The notes under the pieces were generated by a model. The model did not search any database. It worked only from the letters and a program-made list of their open reading frames with translations, and was not told the origin of the DNA. A DNA stretch of 64,000 nt from the human T2T-CHM13v2.0 reference genome, Homo sapiens, in NCBI RefSeq assembly GCF_009914755.1, contig NC_060933.1. One strand, given 5' to 3'. This document shows positions 41,990 to 58,520 of this stretch, one piece after another (the stretch's first letter is position 1; every line of letters begins with the position of its first letter). Made by a program: the position numbers and the translations under genes.

Positions 41990-42550
41990 TAGAGTTTGAG
42001 TAACTGAAAAAGATGAGAAAAATATTTTCAAAGTGCAGAAAACATTGGTAGGCTTATACAGCCAGGAAAACTGCCTTTAAAGACTGAGGCTGGAGTAAAG
42101 GCATTTTTAGACAAATAAGAACTGAATGAATCATGGATAAATTCTCATAAAAGAAATTTCTGAAGGATGTATTTATGGATAAAGAATAACCCTAGAAGTA
42201 AGGTCTATGATGCAAGGAAACAGTCAACAAAAACAAATACTAACTCTCTGACCAAAGAATAATAGTGTCTAATTTGAGGTTAAAAAAATAAAAACAATCC
42301 AAGATGCAACTTAAATATTAGACAACAGTAGCACTTGTATTGGGAAGGAGTGAGAAGTGTAAAAGAATTTTGAAATTCATGTATTCTTCAGCATGGGATA
42401 AATATTGTAAGTAACTGAGGACTTTGTTAATTATGTGTAATATTTTGGCATAACCACTGAAACACTAGAAAGAGGATATTAAATTAGAATACATATGTTA
42501 AAAGTCCTAAAACAAATAAACAAGCAAACAACAAAAACTACAAAAAACAG
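41990..42550 (+). mobile_element. Ancient L1M fragment (end of ORF1 and spacer)
   Basis: aatattttcaaagtgc...aaaactgcctttaaagactgagg...taaaggcatttttagacaaa...aaggatgta. Confidence 0.55.
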
Positions 42551-43521
42551 GGGAGTAAAATTCCCAGGCTAGAGCAAGGATAGATAAGGCAACAGAAAGG
42601 TGAATTATCAATGGACACCTAAAGAGAGGACCTTATCTATTCCAGAACTGTCCAAGGAAGATAAAATATTGGTCAACACACCTGCCATTGAAAAGATCCT
42701 CTACAGTGAAGCTTCCAAGCTCTCTTTGCTGAGGACCAGTTCTTAAAACTATTAAATAATGTAAATCTTCCAGTTAAAACTTAGCTAACCGAAGAGATCT
42801 GCCTACAACTATGGTTTTCAAATGTAGAACACTAGATTATATTCCCAAATGTACTGACTAAATAGGGGAGAGGTAGGGGCATTTTTATCACATACCCCAG
42901 TGAAGTGATAACCTGAGGACCACATGTTTGAGAATTACTGTCCTACGTGAGAATATTGCAGTCCCTTGGCGGTTCTGTTTTTCAACCAAGTTAATGCCAA
43001 GGCACTTCGTTTATATATCAATTTCAGAAGAATTTGAGAAATCAGAAAACAGAGTGTGCATTCATTTTTATAAAAGGTAACTCTTCACATTGATGAAATG
43101 GGTTTCATGGATTAAAGAACCAAGGACAAGTCCTTGGTAGATTGAAGTTAATATCTGAGAATCTAATATTTGATAAGAGGTAGCAGATTGGGCTCTCCTG
43201 GTGACACTCAGTCCACAGTCCCTGCCGTCTTTCTTGTTTTTTCTCATTTCTTCAGGGCCATGTAGGGGAAGAGGTGTTTGGGATAAGTTGAGGCCATCTC
43301 ACTGAAGCACAAAAATCCCAGTCTCAGAAAGTATAGGACAGTCAAATTTCAGATGCTCACAGAACTAAACTCTTCCTGCATAGAAACACACTTCAGAATT
43401 TATGACATTGATAAAGGCTAAAATGTCTCACCTTCTCTAAACTCTAATTACTACAAAATGCAGGACCAGCATATATATTTTTTCTTCTAAAAATAGATTT
43501 AAAAAAATTCTCGTAATATTC

Positions 43522-43892
43522 ATTTGGCCAGTCACTTATTTATTCACCCTCATATTCACTTCTGTTTCCATGCCCATATGTATTCCTTCACACATTGTGT
43601 ACAAATTCACTCACATTTTATTGAGTCAGTCATTAACTCATTCACGAGTCTCACTCACTTGGTCATTCATTTATGCATTCACTTACTTATATCATCTTTC
43701 ATTGTTGTCTCATTATTTGATTCTCTAATTCATGTATTTGTTTACTCATTTACTTGCTCATTTATCCATGTACCCATTCATTTAAAATACACATACACAA
43801 AATCTTCATGGAAACTTCTTGTGCTAGAACCTAGCCTGTGCTGCAGTCTAAGGCAGAGATTGGTGACGAACCATGAATTCTCAAAGCCCTCT
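43522..43892 (-). mobile_element. L2 3' end with a long degenerate (CATT)n tail
   Basis: ~270 bp of decayed ttca/tcac units followed by tgtgctagaacctagcctgtgctg...gccctc. Confidence 0.6.
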
Positions 43893-44385
<493 letters not shown>

Positions 44386-44629
44386 TAGTCACCAAATTCT
44401 ATTATTTTCTTATACTCTAATTGTTCTATGCCATAAGGTGAATTTTTACCCACGCTCCTTACTCTATGATTGTAAATATGTTACAGTACAATCAGCACAA
44501 GTGACTCCTGGCTTAGTTAAACTCAAGGACTGTACTCTCAAAGTTCAAAGTACTTTTTTCAATAACCAGCGTGACTGGTCATTGTTTAATATTTGTCTTT
44601 ATTTCTAGGGAGTAAGTTCTAAAATAATA

Positions 44630-45138
44630 GCAAGTTAGATGGTGCTGTTTATTAATGTATCCTCAGCTCCTGGCATAGTGTTTGGCTTCATAACGGTTTG
44701 TTAGCAGTAATAAATATGACAAGTGTTGCCATTGAGAAGGCACGAAAAGCTTAGGGAGAGAAGATATGGCATAACTCTGCATTTGAGGGGTTGGGGATAA
44801 TGGGGAGGATACACAAATGATATGATATTTCAACTGTGCTTTGAACATAATAGGGGTTTGCTAGGCAATTTGTGTGTGTCTGTGTGTGTGTGTCCCAGCA
44901 AAAGAAAAATATTTGCAAAGACACAGAGGTCTAACAAAAGGGAAGTTCACTATGGTTGGATTATAATGCAAAGGGAAATAAGAATGGAAGCAGGACAACA
45001 CTGGATAAACAGGCTGGGAAGGCAGGCAGAGATCACATCAAACGTTTTAATCCATGTTAGGAAGTCTGGGCTTAATTCTGAGAGCAATGGGGCAGCAAAG
45101 AGGTGATTTATGCATGGAAGTACCTGGACAGAAGGACT

Positions 45139-45199
<61 letters not shown>

Positions 45200-45320
45200 G
45201 TGTAGTGGGGGATGGAGAGAAATCACTTATGACCGAAGCAGAACACTTAGAAGTGAAGGACAAGGTATATGGTTATAGCTCAAAAGACTATGTTGCTTGT
45301 TGGTGAATATTGTCAAAGGA
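44630..45320. mobile_element. L2 fragments
   Basis: tgtatcctcagctcctggcatagtg (sense tail), then catgttaggaagtctgggcttaattctgagagcaatgggg (antisense L2). Confidence 0.55.
45140..45203. repeat. (TG)n microsatellite
   Basis: About 31 units with one TT interruption. Confidence 0.98.
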
Positions 45321-45439
45321 TTAAAAAAGCATTGTTAGAGCCATGCTTATATTTAAGAACCACATTTAAATAAGAAATACAGGATTCACACTCAATTTTT
45401 TCTTGCCTCAACTATGATATACGTTAGTCAATGTATCCT

Positions 45440-46085
45440 ATCAATTATACATCCTACATGCCTTTAAAACACATCCTCTTCTCTTTATTCCTACTGCCAT
45501 GCTCCTGTTCAGACACCTATTGTTCTTGAACTAAACTGTGGCAGTCACCCCATCTCTATATTATTTGCCTCCTATATCTTTTCCCCCAATCTGTGTCCCT
45601 CACTTTTTGTCAAAGTGAGCATTCTAAATGACTTCTTTCCTGTTTGATTTTTATCAATAGCTATATATCATCTAGATGATCAAGTCTAAACTCTATACTG
45701 TGCCCTACTTTATGATGATGTCTCAGATGACCCATCATTTCTTCCATTATTTGACTGTTGAGTTTTCAAAAAAAAGGGTCAAATTACTAAACCTAGAATC
45801 TCTTCTTTATAGTCTACGGTAAGAAATAGTCAACCACTTTTTAATGCCATCTTAATATGGCGTAAACACCTCTAGTGTTATACTTAGTACATTGTGCTGA
45901 TATTTATTTGTGTATGTCTGTCTTTACCCACTAACTGTGTCTTCCTTGGAGACAAAAACTGCATCTTATTTTTTAATACCCGGGGTCTGGTAAAGTGTCT
46001 GTATAACTAGCTGTTTCCCTTTCTCTCAATTTTTTTTAAGTGAGAAAATAAATGAAACAAACTAAAATAAAATGAATGAATTAAT
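45440..46085 (+). mobile_element. L2 3' region
   Basis: catcctcttctctttattcctactgcca...aagtctaaactc...tgtctgtctttacccactaactgtg...atgaatgaa. Confidence 0.65.
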
Positions 46086-48433
46086 ATAGAGAAAGAGAAA
46101 GAGGGTCAGGTCCAACTAAGATAGAAAAAAATAAACATGTTCTGATGTTTTGGAGCATGGTGATATTTTTCTCTCTCTTGGAAAGACACAGAGGATCTTT
46201 TGCTCACTATCACTGGTCCATTATGAGTTTCATGATTAAAAATATGCATATGGTATGATGGATTTAATATTGATCAACTCTATTAATACCTAGGGAGAAA
46301 TTGACTCTGTGTTTCTGACTATGTGGCTAGAAAGTGGTTTGGTTGGCTGATCACTGGGGTCAGTCCTGGAAGAGCCAAGAAATCCAAGTGTTTTCCCTCT
46401 GTTTCACCAGCTTTCTGGCTGAGTCTAGTGGGAGACACTTGGGGCCCATCCCAGGTAAGCTAACTGAAGGTTCTCAAAAACCAGATTAGGTGGGAAACCC
46501 TTCACAGACTGGAGCTAATGACCTGAGAAATTCTGTGACCAGTTAATTGGAGACTCCTTCAGGTCCAATAGAGAATGTGAAAGCCAAATAGGAAATGAGG
46601 AAAAACAGCTGGAAGTAGTAAGACAACGTGAGGGAGGGGAGCGGTAATGGCTATGGGGCTGAGGGATTCTCTAGGGGAGGAATACAATTGAGATAATCAG
46701 GATGAAAAAGCAATTCAGGGAGGGAATTTAAAAACTGCATGCATGCATATTCTCTCAGTTGATACCCTATGGCATGCTGAAGATGATATTGGCCTCTAAA
46801 GGCAACCAATTCGTGAGGATGAGAAAATGAGTCAGAAAGGAGCACTTGTTAAATGCTTGCTATGTGCAAGGTGACGCATTTGGTATTGAAGATAAATCTG
46901 TGAAAAGACTTATGCTTTGCCCTAAATGAAGCTTTCAACACCATATGAGATAGCTACCATTATCCTCTATTTATCAAAAAGAAAAATTGAACGTCAGGGA
47001 GGTTAAATATCTTGTGTAAACGCATACTTCTAGGAAGAGAGAGCTAGACTTTCCAAGAGAGTCTGATCAGAATTAAAAACTAGGTTGGGGTGTTTTCAGG
47101 AACTAGTTACTTCTCCTGCCTGAGACGCAGGGAATCCTCCTAAAAGGATGCTACCTGTATCCTTTCTGAGAGACATTACAAGCTATAATAAGGAAAATGC
47201 AGAGAATCCTGTTGATCTGGTAGTTTGGGGTCAGAAACTAGTCACTTCAATGTTGATATTCTCTGTGGCTTTGAGCAAGTCTTCAACTATTCCCCAGATT
47301 CCCTTATTCTAGAAGTAGGCAACAATGTGTAATCCCTTCTATCTTTAAGGCTATCCCAAGAATTGGGATGGTCTCAAGTTTAATGTGGGCTTATTGAAGA
47401 AACGGAAGATTTTTATTTTGATTCATTCTTCACTCCATGACTGAGTTGACATCTTGTCTGTTATCACCACTCTGGCAAATGCAATAGAAACTTAATGAAA
47501 GTATAGCTGTGTGAGACAAACTGATAGGGACAAAAATATAGAATATTTGAAGCACCAGAGATGACTTTTGGTTTGAGGTGTATAATTTAATGTCTCAGAA
47601 AAATTGTGTTGTATCATTTTCAAATATTTCCATCATTGTGCACTATACATCTACAATGTGTATCAAATCCAAAGTACTTAATTTTTAAATAAACAGTAGA
47701 TAGATCAATATAACTATAAAATAGACAAAGGGATCATATAACTTATCTGCTGATATGTAACTTATTTACTTATTGGTTATTGCCTCCGTCGAGACACTAA
47801 TTTTATTGAGATTTTTCTGCAGACCTTATCTGGAGACACTATTGATGTGAAACAAGTGTACCCATCAACATTCATAAAATCATGTAAAACATTTATGAAA
47901 TTGATGGATACCTTTGTTCTCACCCATTAGTTAAGAACTTAAAAGTTATCACACCTCGTTTACCTATGGAAAATTTAAATCCCACAGAGCTAATATGATT
48001 TTCCACAAAGCACTTAGCAAATAATCACAGGATCCAGAATTTGAATGGAATTTGAGTTCAGTAATTTTTCAACTGCATTTTGTCTATATTCTTAACTATA
48101 TAATTTTACTTTTTTAGCATTTTTTATTCCATAAAATTTTTGTCAATCTGAGAAACTTATAGAAAATAGTACCACAGTTAGGTGGCTGAGAGGCAAATAA
48201 AAATGATAATCAATTAAAAATAGAAGTTTAAGCTAGTAACTTAAGCTGTATACAGATAATTGGCACATTAACACAGCAGTTTCTTGAAGAGTCTCACTTC
48301 TTCATTCTCTGGAAGGTCTGGGCTCAGTGTAAAATTTTAGAACAGTTACCATCTCTAAACGGCCATATATATACAACAAATACCTAACATTTGAGTGAAA
48401 TAAGAATTCTGACAAACAGCCCAGTTCAAGATT

Positions 48434-51000
<2,567 letters not shown>

Positions 51001-51013
<13 letters not shown>

Positions 51014-51126
51014 AGCTTTATTCCAAAAACAAAATGAAAGAGAAAGAGAGTGTTTGCTTCATTATGGACTAATACAAGCTTTATTCCAAAAACAAAACAA
51101 AAGAGAAAGAGAGTGTTTGCTTCATT
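51001..51126. repeat. 63-bp tandem duplication across the LTR/host junction
   Basis: 51001-51063 vs 51064-51126, 60/63 identical. Confidence 0.95.
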
Positions 51127-51921
51127 CATTAGTCAACTCTAAAACTTTTTAGACTTTATGTTTAGGTGTCTGTCACAAATTCCTTAACGATACTCTGGTT
51201 TAGTAGTTTCCTGCCATGGCTGACCATCAGCATGACCTAAAGATATTTCTCCTAATATGAAAGTCTAAGTCCCACCCATGAATATTCCATTCACCATATC
51301 TCAGTGAGCTTGAGCACATGTCTTTTGAAATTTTCTACAAATAACTTTGTTTTATAGATCTGATTGAGAAGCAATCCAGGAATACATCACTGTTTCCAAA
51401 ATTCACAGAGTGACTTAGTCTATTGCTCAAGGATCTCCAGAACGTGAACTTTAATTATCACATGGCCCTTGATATTCTGGTTGCTCAGGATCATGTAGGA
51501 ATACAGCATAATGTAGGTTTGTATGTATCTGCAACAAATGTAAATGGTAAGTTAGTGTAGGCTTACAGATATTTTTAGAGCACCTGCTTTGTACTGAGAA
51601 CTTTGTGAGCTTTTTATCTGGTTTTCCATTCCTGACAAGCCAACGGTGGTGCTTAAATTCTGCAGGAATTTCCAGAACCAAATGTGGAGCTGGGAAAAGG
51701 CCATAATCTGAAGGGGAAATGAAGCCTGAGTCTTGCATGACATGTCCTCCAGAAAATAGTGATCATCTGGACCATGAAGTTGAGAGGGATGACCAGAGGC
51801 AGCCTGCTACATCAGGAGTGAGAGGTCATTATCAGTAATAAAGAAGCAAGTATGATTAAGAAACAGAATTTGGAGAAATTTCCTAGGTCAAAAGAAAAAA
51901 AGGCCTTAATAATTAAAATAG

Positions 51922-53668
51922 GTTGAAAGAATCAATATTGTTAAAATGTCCATACTTCCCAAAGCAATTTACAGATTCTATGCTATTACTATCAAATTGC
52001 TAATGTCATTTTTTTTTTCACAGAATTAGAAGAAACTATTCTAAAATATATGGAACCAAAAAAAGCCCAAATGGCCAAGGCATTCTTAAGTAAAAAGAAT
52101 AAATTCAGAAGAATCACGTTACCTAATTTCAAACCATACTACAATGCTATGATAACTAAAGCAGCATGATACTGGTACAAAAATAGATGCATAGATGTAT
52201 GGAATAGAATAGAAAATGCTGAAATGAAGCCACACACCTACAACCAACTGATCTTTGACAAAACTGACAAAAATATACAGTGGGGAAAAGACACTTTATT
52301 CAACAAATGGTGTTGGGAAAACTGGCTAACCATACGCAGAAGAATGAAACTGGACCCCTACCTGTAACCAGATACAAAAATTAACTCCAGATGGGTTAAA
52401 GGGTTAAATGTAAGACCTCAATAAAAATCCTAGTAGGAAACCTAGGAAATTCTCATCTAAACATTGACCTAGGCAAATAATTTATGACGAAGACTCCAAA
52501 AGCAAGTGCAACTAAATAAAAAATAGATAAATGGGATCTAATTAAACAAAAGAGCTGATGTACAGCAAAAGAAACTATCAACAGAGGAAGTAGACAACCT
52601 ACAGAATAGGAGAAAATATTTGCCAACTATGCATCTGACAAAGGATTAATATCCAGAATCTACATGGAACTTAAACAAATGAATAGTATAGAAACAAATA
52701 TGTCAATTAAAAAGTGGGCAAAGTACATGAATAGACACTACTCAAAAGAAGACATATAAGTGACCAACAAACATATGAAACTATGCTCAACATCACTAAT
52801 CATCAAAGAAATATAAATCAAAACAACAGTGAGATACCACCTTACTGCTGCAAAAATGGCCATTATTTAAATGTCAAAAAAATAACAGATGCTAGTGAGG
52901 ATTCAGAGAAAGGGGAACACTTATACACTTCTGGTGGGAATGCAAATCATTTTCACCCTTGTAAAAAGTAGTTTGGAAATTGCTCAAAGAATTAAAAATA
53001 GAATTACTATTTGACCCAAATGCCATTACTGGATATGTACTCAAAAGAAAATAAATTGTTCTACCAAAAGGACTCCTGCATTAATATGTTTATTGCAGCA
53101 CCATTCACAATAGCAAAGGCATGGAATCAAACTAGGTGCCCATCAACAGTGAACTGCGTAAAGAAAATGTGGCACATATGCACCATGGAATACTATGCAG
53201 CCAAAAAAAAGAATGAAATTGCATTCTTTGCAGCAACATGGAAACATGGATGCAGCTGGAGGCCATTAGCCTAAGTGAATTAAGGCAGAAACAGACAACC
53301 AAATACCACATATTCTCATTTATAAGTGGAAGCTAAACACTGGGTACACATGGACACAAAGATGGTATCAATAGGTATGGGCCACTCCAAAAGTGGAGAG
53401 GGAAGGATGCAGATAAGTGTTGAAAAACTACCCACTGGTTACTCTGGTCGGTATTTGGATAGCGTGATTGTTAGAATAATATCCTAATAATACAACAATT
53501 ATTATCTAATAATATCCTAAAATATAATTATTATATTATATATAATTACATAATAATGTAATAATAAGATGCTGATTATTAAATTATCAGCATCACACAG
53601 CATCACGCATGTAACATACATGCACATGTATCTTCTGAATCTAATATTAAACATAAATAAATAAAATC
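51922..53668 (+). mobile_element. 5'-truncated L1PA16/L1PB-type element (ORF2 C-terminus plus 3'UTR)
   Basis: aagaatcaatattgttaaaatg...caaatggtgttgggaaaactggcta...atggaatactatgcagcc...gttgaaaaactacc...ctgaatctaa. Confidence 0.92.
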
Positions 53669-53764
53669 AAACACACACATACAAAAAGCCAAACCCCAAA
53701 ATAAATAAAAGCTTCATTTTGACACTTAAAATGTATTAAAGCCTCATTTAATACTAGATTTGAT

Positions 53765-53953
53765 TAAGGCCTCTCAACATTGGCATTATTGATATGTTGG
53801 GGGCTTTCCTCAGCATCAGTAAGATATTTAGCAGCATTTCTGGTCTCCACCCACTAGATACCCACACCATACCCCAGGTGTGACAATCAAAATGTCTCCA
53901 TATTGCCAAATGTATCCTGGGGGATCAAAATTGCTCCTGGTTGAGAATTACTG
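53765..53953 (+). mobile_element. MER20 (hAT-Charlie) MITE
   Basis: tttagcagcat...cccactagat...gtgacaatcaaaatgtctcc...attgccaaatgt...ggttgagaattactg. Confidence 0.88.
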
Positions 53954-54049
53954 GCCTAAATCTTTCTTCTCTGTGTGTTGTGTTCATTGAAATAAACCGT
54001 GCTTCTTCTCATTACAGAACTTCTAAACGCTCCAGCTCTTCTATGTGAC

Positions 54050-54375
54050 ATAATCTCCATATCCCACCTCTAAATCCTTAATGTCAGATTATTGCTCATA
54101 TCCAAGTGTAATGGTCACTCCATCGGTGTAGCCTACCCTAATCCACCAATCACAGTATCATAATAACAGCCTTTCATTTAGGGTTAATTTGTAGCTGTAT
54201 GTTGACCACTGGGATCAGGGAATAATTTCTGACTCCTGTTTCAGTCAGTATACTTCATAAGATCTGGGGTATTATCTATTTTACCCACTATTACATCCTC
54301 AGTACCTAGTATGAAGGCTGGCCCAGGATGGAAACTCAATGAACGTTTATTGAATGAATGAATGAATGAATGAAA
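54050..54375 (+). mobile_element. L2 3' end with an (AATG)n tail
   Basis: catcctcagtacctagt...ctcaatgaacgtttattgaatgaatgaatgaatgaatg. Confidence 0.8.
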
Positions 54376-54399
54376 ACTGAACAAAAATTTACAGCCTCT

Positions 54400-55035
54400 G
54401 AAACCAACAACTATTTTCTGAGTACTGATTTTGCATCAAGCAGGATCCTGAGCCAGGGGACTCAGAGAAAAATAATACACAGTCTTTGCCCTAAGAGGCA
54501 TAGCCTTGTTGAAGAAATTGATTTGTAAGTAAAAAGGAATGATAGAGCATCCTAAGTGGTCAGTGGAGGTCTCAACAACCTGAAGTTAACTATATACACA
54601 ATTCCAATATCTGCCTGTGAGAATAAGAAAAGTTTTCTCAAAGAAGGTAATTATTGAGCTCAGATTAAAGGTTATATAGAAATTCACTAGATAGACAAGG
54701 ATGGAGTGAGAAGACAGGTGGTAGAACTGGGTGTGAGAGGTGGGAAATCACTCTGCACAGCAGTGCTGAAGGCGTGCCACAATCCAGACAGCTAAGAATC
54801 ACCATACACTTCTGTATGAGTGAAGAGTGGGACTTAAATTAGGCAGTAGTGGGAAATGAGATTAAAGATTTCAGCAAGGACAGAGCATGAGAACTTTGTG
54901 TGCCAGGCTCAGGAGTTTGGAGATTGTCCTGAAGACAATCAGTGGTCACAGAAAGGAAACGAGCAGTGGCATAAGAGTCAGATCTGTGATTTCAGACTGA
55001 TAATCTGAATGTTGGCCAGTAGATAAAGAAAGACA
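54400..55035 (-). mobile_element. L2 3' region, tail-to-tail with the previous element
   Basis: caacaactattttctgagtac...acagtctttgccct...gtgccaggctcaggagtttggagattgtcctgaagacaat. Confidence 0.75.
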
Positions 55036-55112
55036 AAACTTCAGAATGTCATAATGCAAGGTTTTATTAAAAATAAAAACCTTTGGATGACCATGTGTCT
55101 ACCACACAATAA

Positions 55113-55411
55113 TTTTTTTTTTTTTTTTTTTGAGACAGTCTCGCTCTGTCACCCAGGCTGAAGTGCAGTGGCATGATCTTGGCTCACAGCAACCTTCGCC
55201 TCTTGGGTTCAAGTGATTCTCCTGCCTCACCTTCCTGAGTAGCTAGGATTACAGGTGTGTGCCACCACATCAGGCTAACTTTTGTATTTTTAGTAAAGAC
55301 AAGGTTTCACCATGTTGGCCAGGCTGGTCTTGAACTCCTGGCCTCAAGTTATCCGCTCACCTCAGCCTCCCAAAGTGCTGGGATTATAGGTGTGAGCCAC
55401 TGTGCCTGGCT
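55113..55411 (-). mobile_element. AluSz/Sx
   Basis: ctcctggcctcaagt; poly(T); TSD cacacaataattt 55103-55115 vs cacatagtaattt 55413-55425. Confidence 0.94.
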
Positions 55412-56404
55412 GCACATAGTAATTTCTCCTCAAAGAAAATCCGAAGGAAAACTAAGTATGAAGTTCAAAAATGCAGAAAGCCTCTTCATACTAAGAGGAA
55501 GGCCAAAGCTTACTGTGACTGGTGAGTCTTTCTAGCCTCTTCCCAAAGAACCCATATTTATTGTTACTGGAAATGTATGTATTAGAAGGTATAGAGATCA
55601 GGAGACCAGCTCCAGGTTTCAGGGACGAAGAGACAAACAGGCATTTTTTGGACCCTGTGCCATTCTGAAACCAGATGATTGAGTGTTTGTTTTCCCATTG
55701 TCTGCATTTATGCCTTGTCCTCCAACACGAATAATTGTCAAGGTTTTGGTAGGCTGAAGTATATTCTAGGGAAATTGGATCTGCAATTTTGCAGAATTTC
55801 ACAGTATCTTTTGCAGTTCTGTGTAAAATTGATTGTTTAAATCTAGTTTATTTTACCTTGTTGGTCCTGGACTTACTATCAGCTGAAATATTTATATCGC
55901 TGCCCCTTAGGAGTTATGCATTTCCCTTGTTCTGTAAAAACAATAATAAAATAAAAGTGCTGACCTGCTCTATGTATATGAGTAATTGTTTTTATTTTAA
56001 TTGCTTGAGTGCTTGTGGAAGGAGATTGAATTGTCTGGCCTCTTTTCTCTTTGACCATTTCTTGCATTACTTTCGTTTTTTTCCTTTTGCCACCAAAAGT
56101 ATTATGCTGGTCACCAACCATGTCTTTGGAGACTATTTGAAGTTGAAATTTTCATGCTAAATCTAGCCATTTAAAAGGAGATGTGGGAAGCATAGACATA
56201 CACAATCATGCCTTGCTACCCAATGCAGAAGTCCTCCTCACCAAGACAGGCCCCGGGACACTGGAAAAAAAAGCCTAAGCATATTCTTGCTGTTGTTTAA
56301 GTCTTATTTTTGAAAGCAAGCCCCCCCTCCCCGCACACACACAAATAGACACACATATTTTTTCTTACAAATAACGTTGTCTTCCCAACACACTCCCCTT
56401 CTGA

Positions 56405-56690
56405 CCGCATTCATTTATTCAACACAATTAATGAATAATCATTGTGTGTCAATCAGAGAGCAAAACAGTCAAGTATATGACTGTATAGTCTCTGGTTTAT
56501 CATGGAAAGTGGACAACTTAGCATTTAACACTATCATGGGGCGATATACCATGGGAGAGTGTTTTTCGGATCCAGAAAGTCATGCAAGTTATGTCAGGAA
56601 AAGTGATATTCAAGCTGAATAAGAAGAATGTGTGAGAAAAGTCTAGCAATAGAAAGGAAAACTGTTACAGATTAGAGTTGAAGTGTCAGT
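56405..56690 (-). mobile_element. L2 fragment
   Basis: cattcatttattcaacacaattaatgaat...tgtgtgtca...ggaaaagtgatattcaagctga. Confidence 0.55.
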
Positions 56691-57597
56691 TGGTAAGAGA
56701 TTCAACTAGGGAGATGAGGACCTGGATGGTATCATTTTTAAAAATTATGTTTCTACAACCATGTGGTCAGGCATACTCTGTTCCATACCAGCTCCAAATC
56801 TTCATAGCTGTTTGGTCTTGAGCAAGTTTCTTTCTAAGACTTGAGCAAGGTAGAGCATATAAATTGTTTGTACAGTGGCTGAAATGTGGTAACTGCTCAA
56901 TAAGAATTAATGTCTATTATGATAATAACTTGATTAGTATTATGATTATCATTATTATTATTGTTACATAATTTATTATGTAACACCTCAGTCAAGTTAT
57001 TTGGGATCAACATTTTCCTGGAAGCCATCCAACACTCGATCACCTCTCTACCCATTCTACTCTTGTTCCCCCTCCATCTGTCCTTTTCTTTCTCTTGCCC
57101 TCTCACTCTGTAGCGATGCTCCATCATGATTGGGCTCCAGGAACTGGACAATTGATAATCTAAAGTAATGGAGTCCTGTTTGTTATTTCCATGCCAGGAC
57201 CATGTCAAAGATCAGTTCCCATACATAACTCACTTGGAAATTCACATTAGCATGTTCTACCCCTTAAGGGGAGAGGGATGAATGAGCAGAGCCTAAAATA
57301 TGGGTCAAATACTATTTCTCACTTGGTTGTCAACACTAAAGATACTCTTTGGTTTGACCCTGTTCATGTTTCTCAGTTTATCCACATTCCTATATCACTG
57401 CCATATGTGAAGTTAGGATTCATCTTCCATTTAAATGAGTGTAATATCATCCCCATTTTTCTTTCTCTTTGTTTCCAAACTGCCTGCTCCAATCCAGCTT
57501 CCACTGAGATATCAAAAGCATCTTTCAATAATACCACACTGATCATTTTATATCCACATTTGAAAACCTTCAAACGTTTCCTCTTTTCTAAATAATT

Positions 57598-58520
57598 AAT
57601 CTATCAGGATACTTTTGATTGCAAAGAACAATAACAAACTCACAATAATTTAAAAGGTAATGAGAATATATTGTTTTATATCCCTGAGAAATCCACAGGT
57701 AATTTGCACTATAGACACAATTTGATAAGGTTTTACATGGTTTGGATCTGCGTTCCTACTTAAATTTCATTTTGAATTGTAATCCCCATAATTCCCTTGT
57801 GTCTAAGGAAAAACCTGGTAGGCTGTTTTCCTCATGCTGTTCTCATGATAGTGAGTGAGTTCTCGTGAGATCTGATGGTTTTATAAGGGGCCCCTTCCCG
57901 CTTCATTCTCTTTCTCTTTCTCCTGTTGCCATGTAGCAGGTATTGTTTCCCCTTCGGCCATGATTGCGAGTTTCCTGAGGCCTCCCCAACCATGTGGAAC
58001 TGTGAGTCAGTTAAACCCCTTTCCTTTATAAATTACCCAGTCTCAGATATTTCTTTATAGCAGTGTGAAAATTTACTAATGCAAAGGTGTAAGCTGTTTC
58101 TCTGTTATTCTCTTAGTTCCCCTCCAAATGTCAGCTTTATTCTTTAGCCAGCCTTTCTCATGAATGGAAAAATGTTTAAAGCAGTCATGGGTATTCTATC
58201 TGCACTCCACACGATCTAGAGGCAGAGAGACAAACAAGAGTCAAGGGATTTTTTTCAATGGCTTCTTCTTAAGGTATGGACCTACCTCTGAACCAATCGT
58301 TGAATCTATAGCGATATTGGGAGTTGACTGCCTTAGGTTTCGGTTTAAAACCCATCTCTGAGTGGAACCCTGTGGGAAGATTTGTGGGACTGCTGTAATC
58401 TGTTAGTTGAGGAGAATCAGGACCAACTGTGGAAGCATGAATTAAAGGAATTTCTAGCCAAACAAAATGAGCCATTGTGGAGAGATGCAGTAGTGGATGC
58501 TTGGAAGGCAAATATGATGT
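57598..58520 (-). mobile_element. Old MLT1 (J/K/L-like) LTR interrupted by a THE1 solo LTR
   Basis: tcaggatacttttgattgcaa...ctgagaaatccacaggt; resumes after 58088 with gtcagctttattct...cctctgaaccaatc...ggatgcttggaaggcaa. Confidence 0.6.
57732..58083 (+). mobile_element. THE1C/D-like solo LTR with an internal deletion
   Basis: catgctgttctcatgatagtgagtgagttctcgtgagatctgatggttttataagggg; the gtgattggatcatg segment is missing; TSD aaggt 57727-57731 and 58084-58088. Confidence 0.88.
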
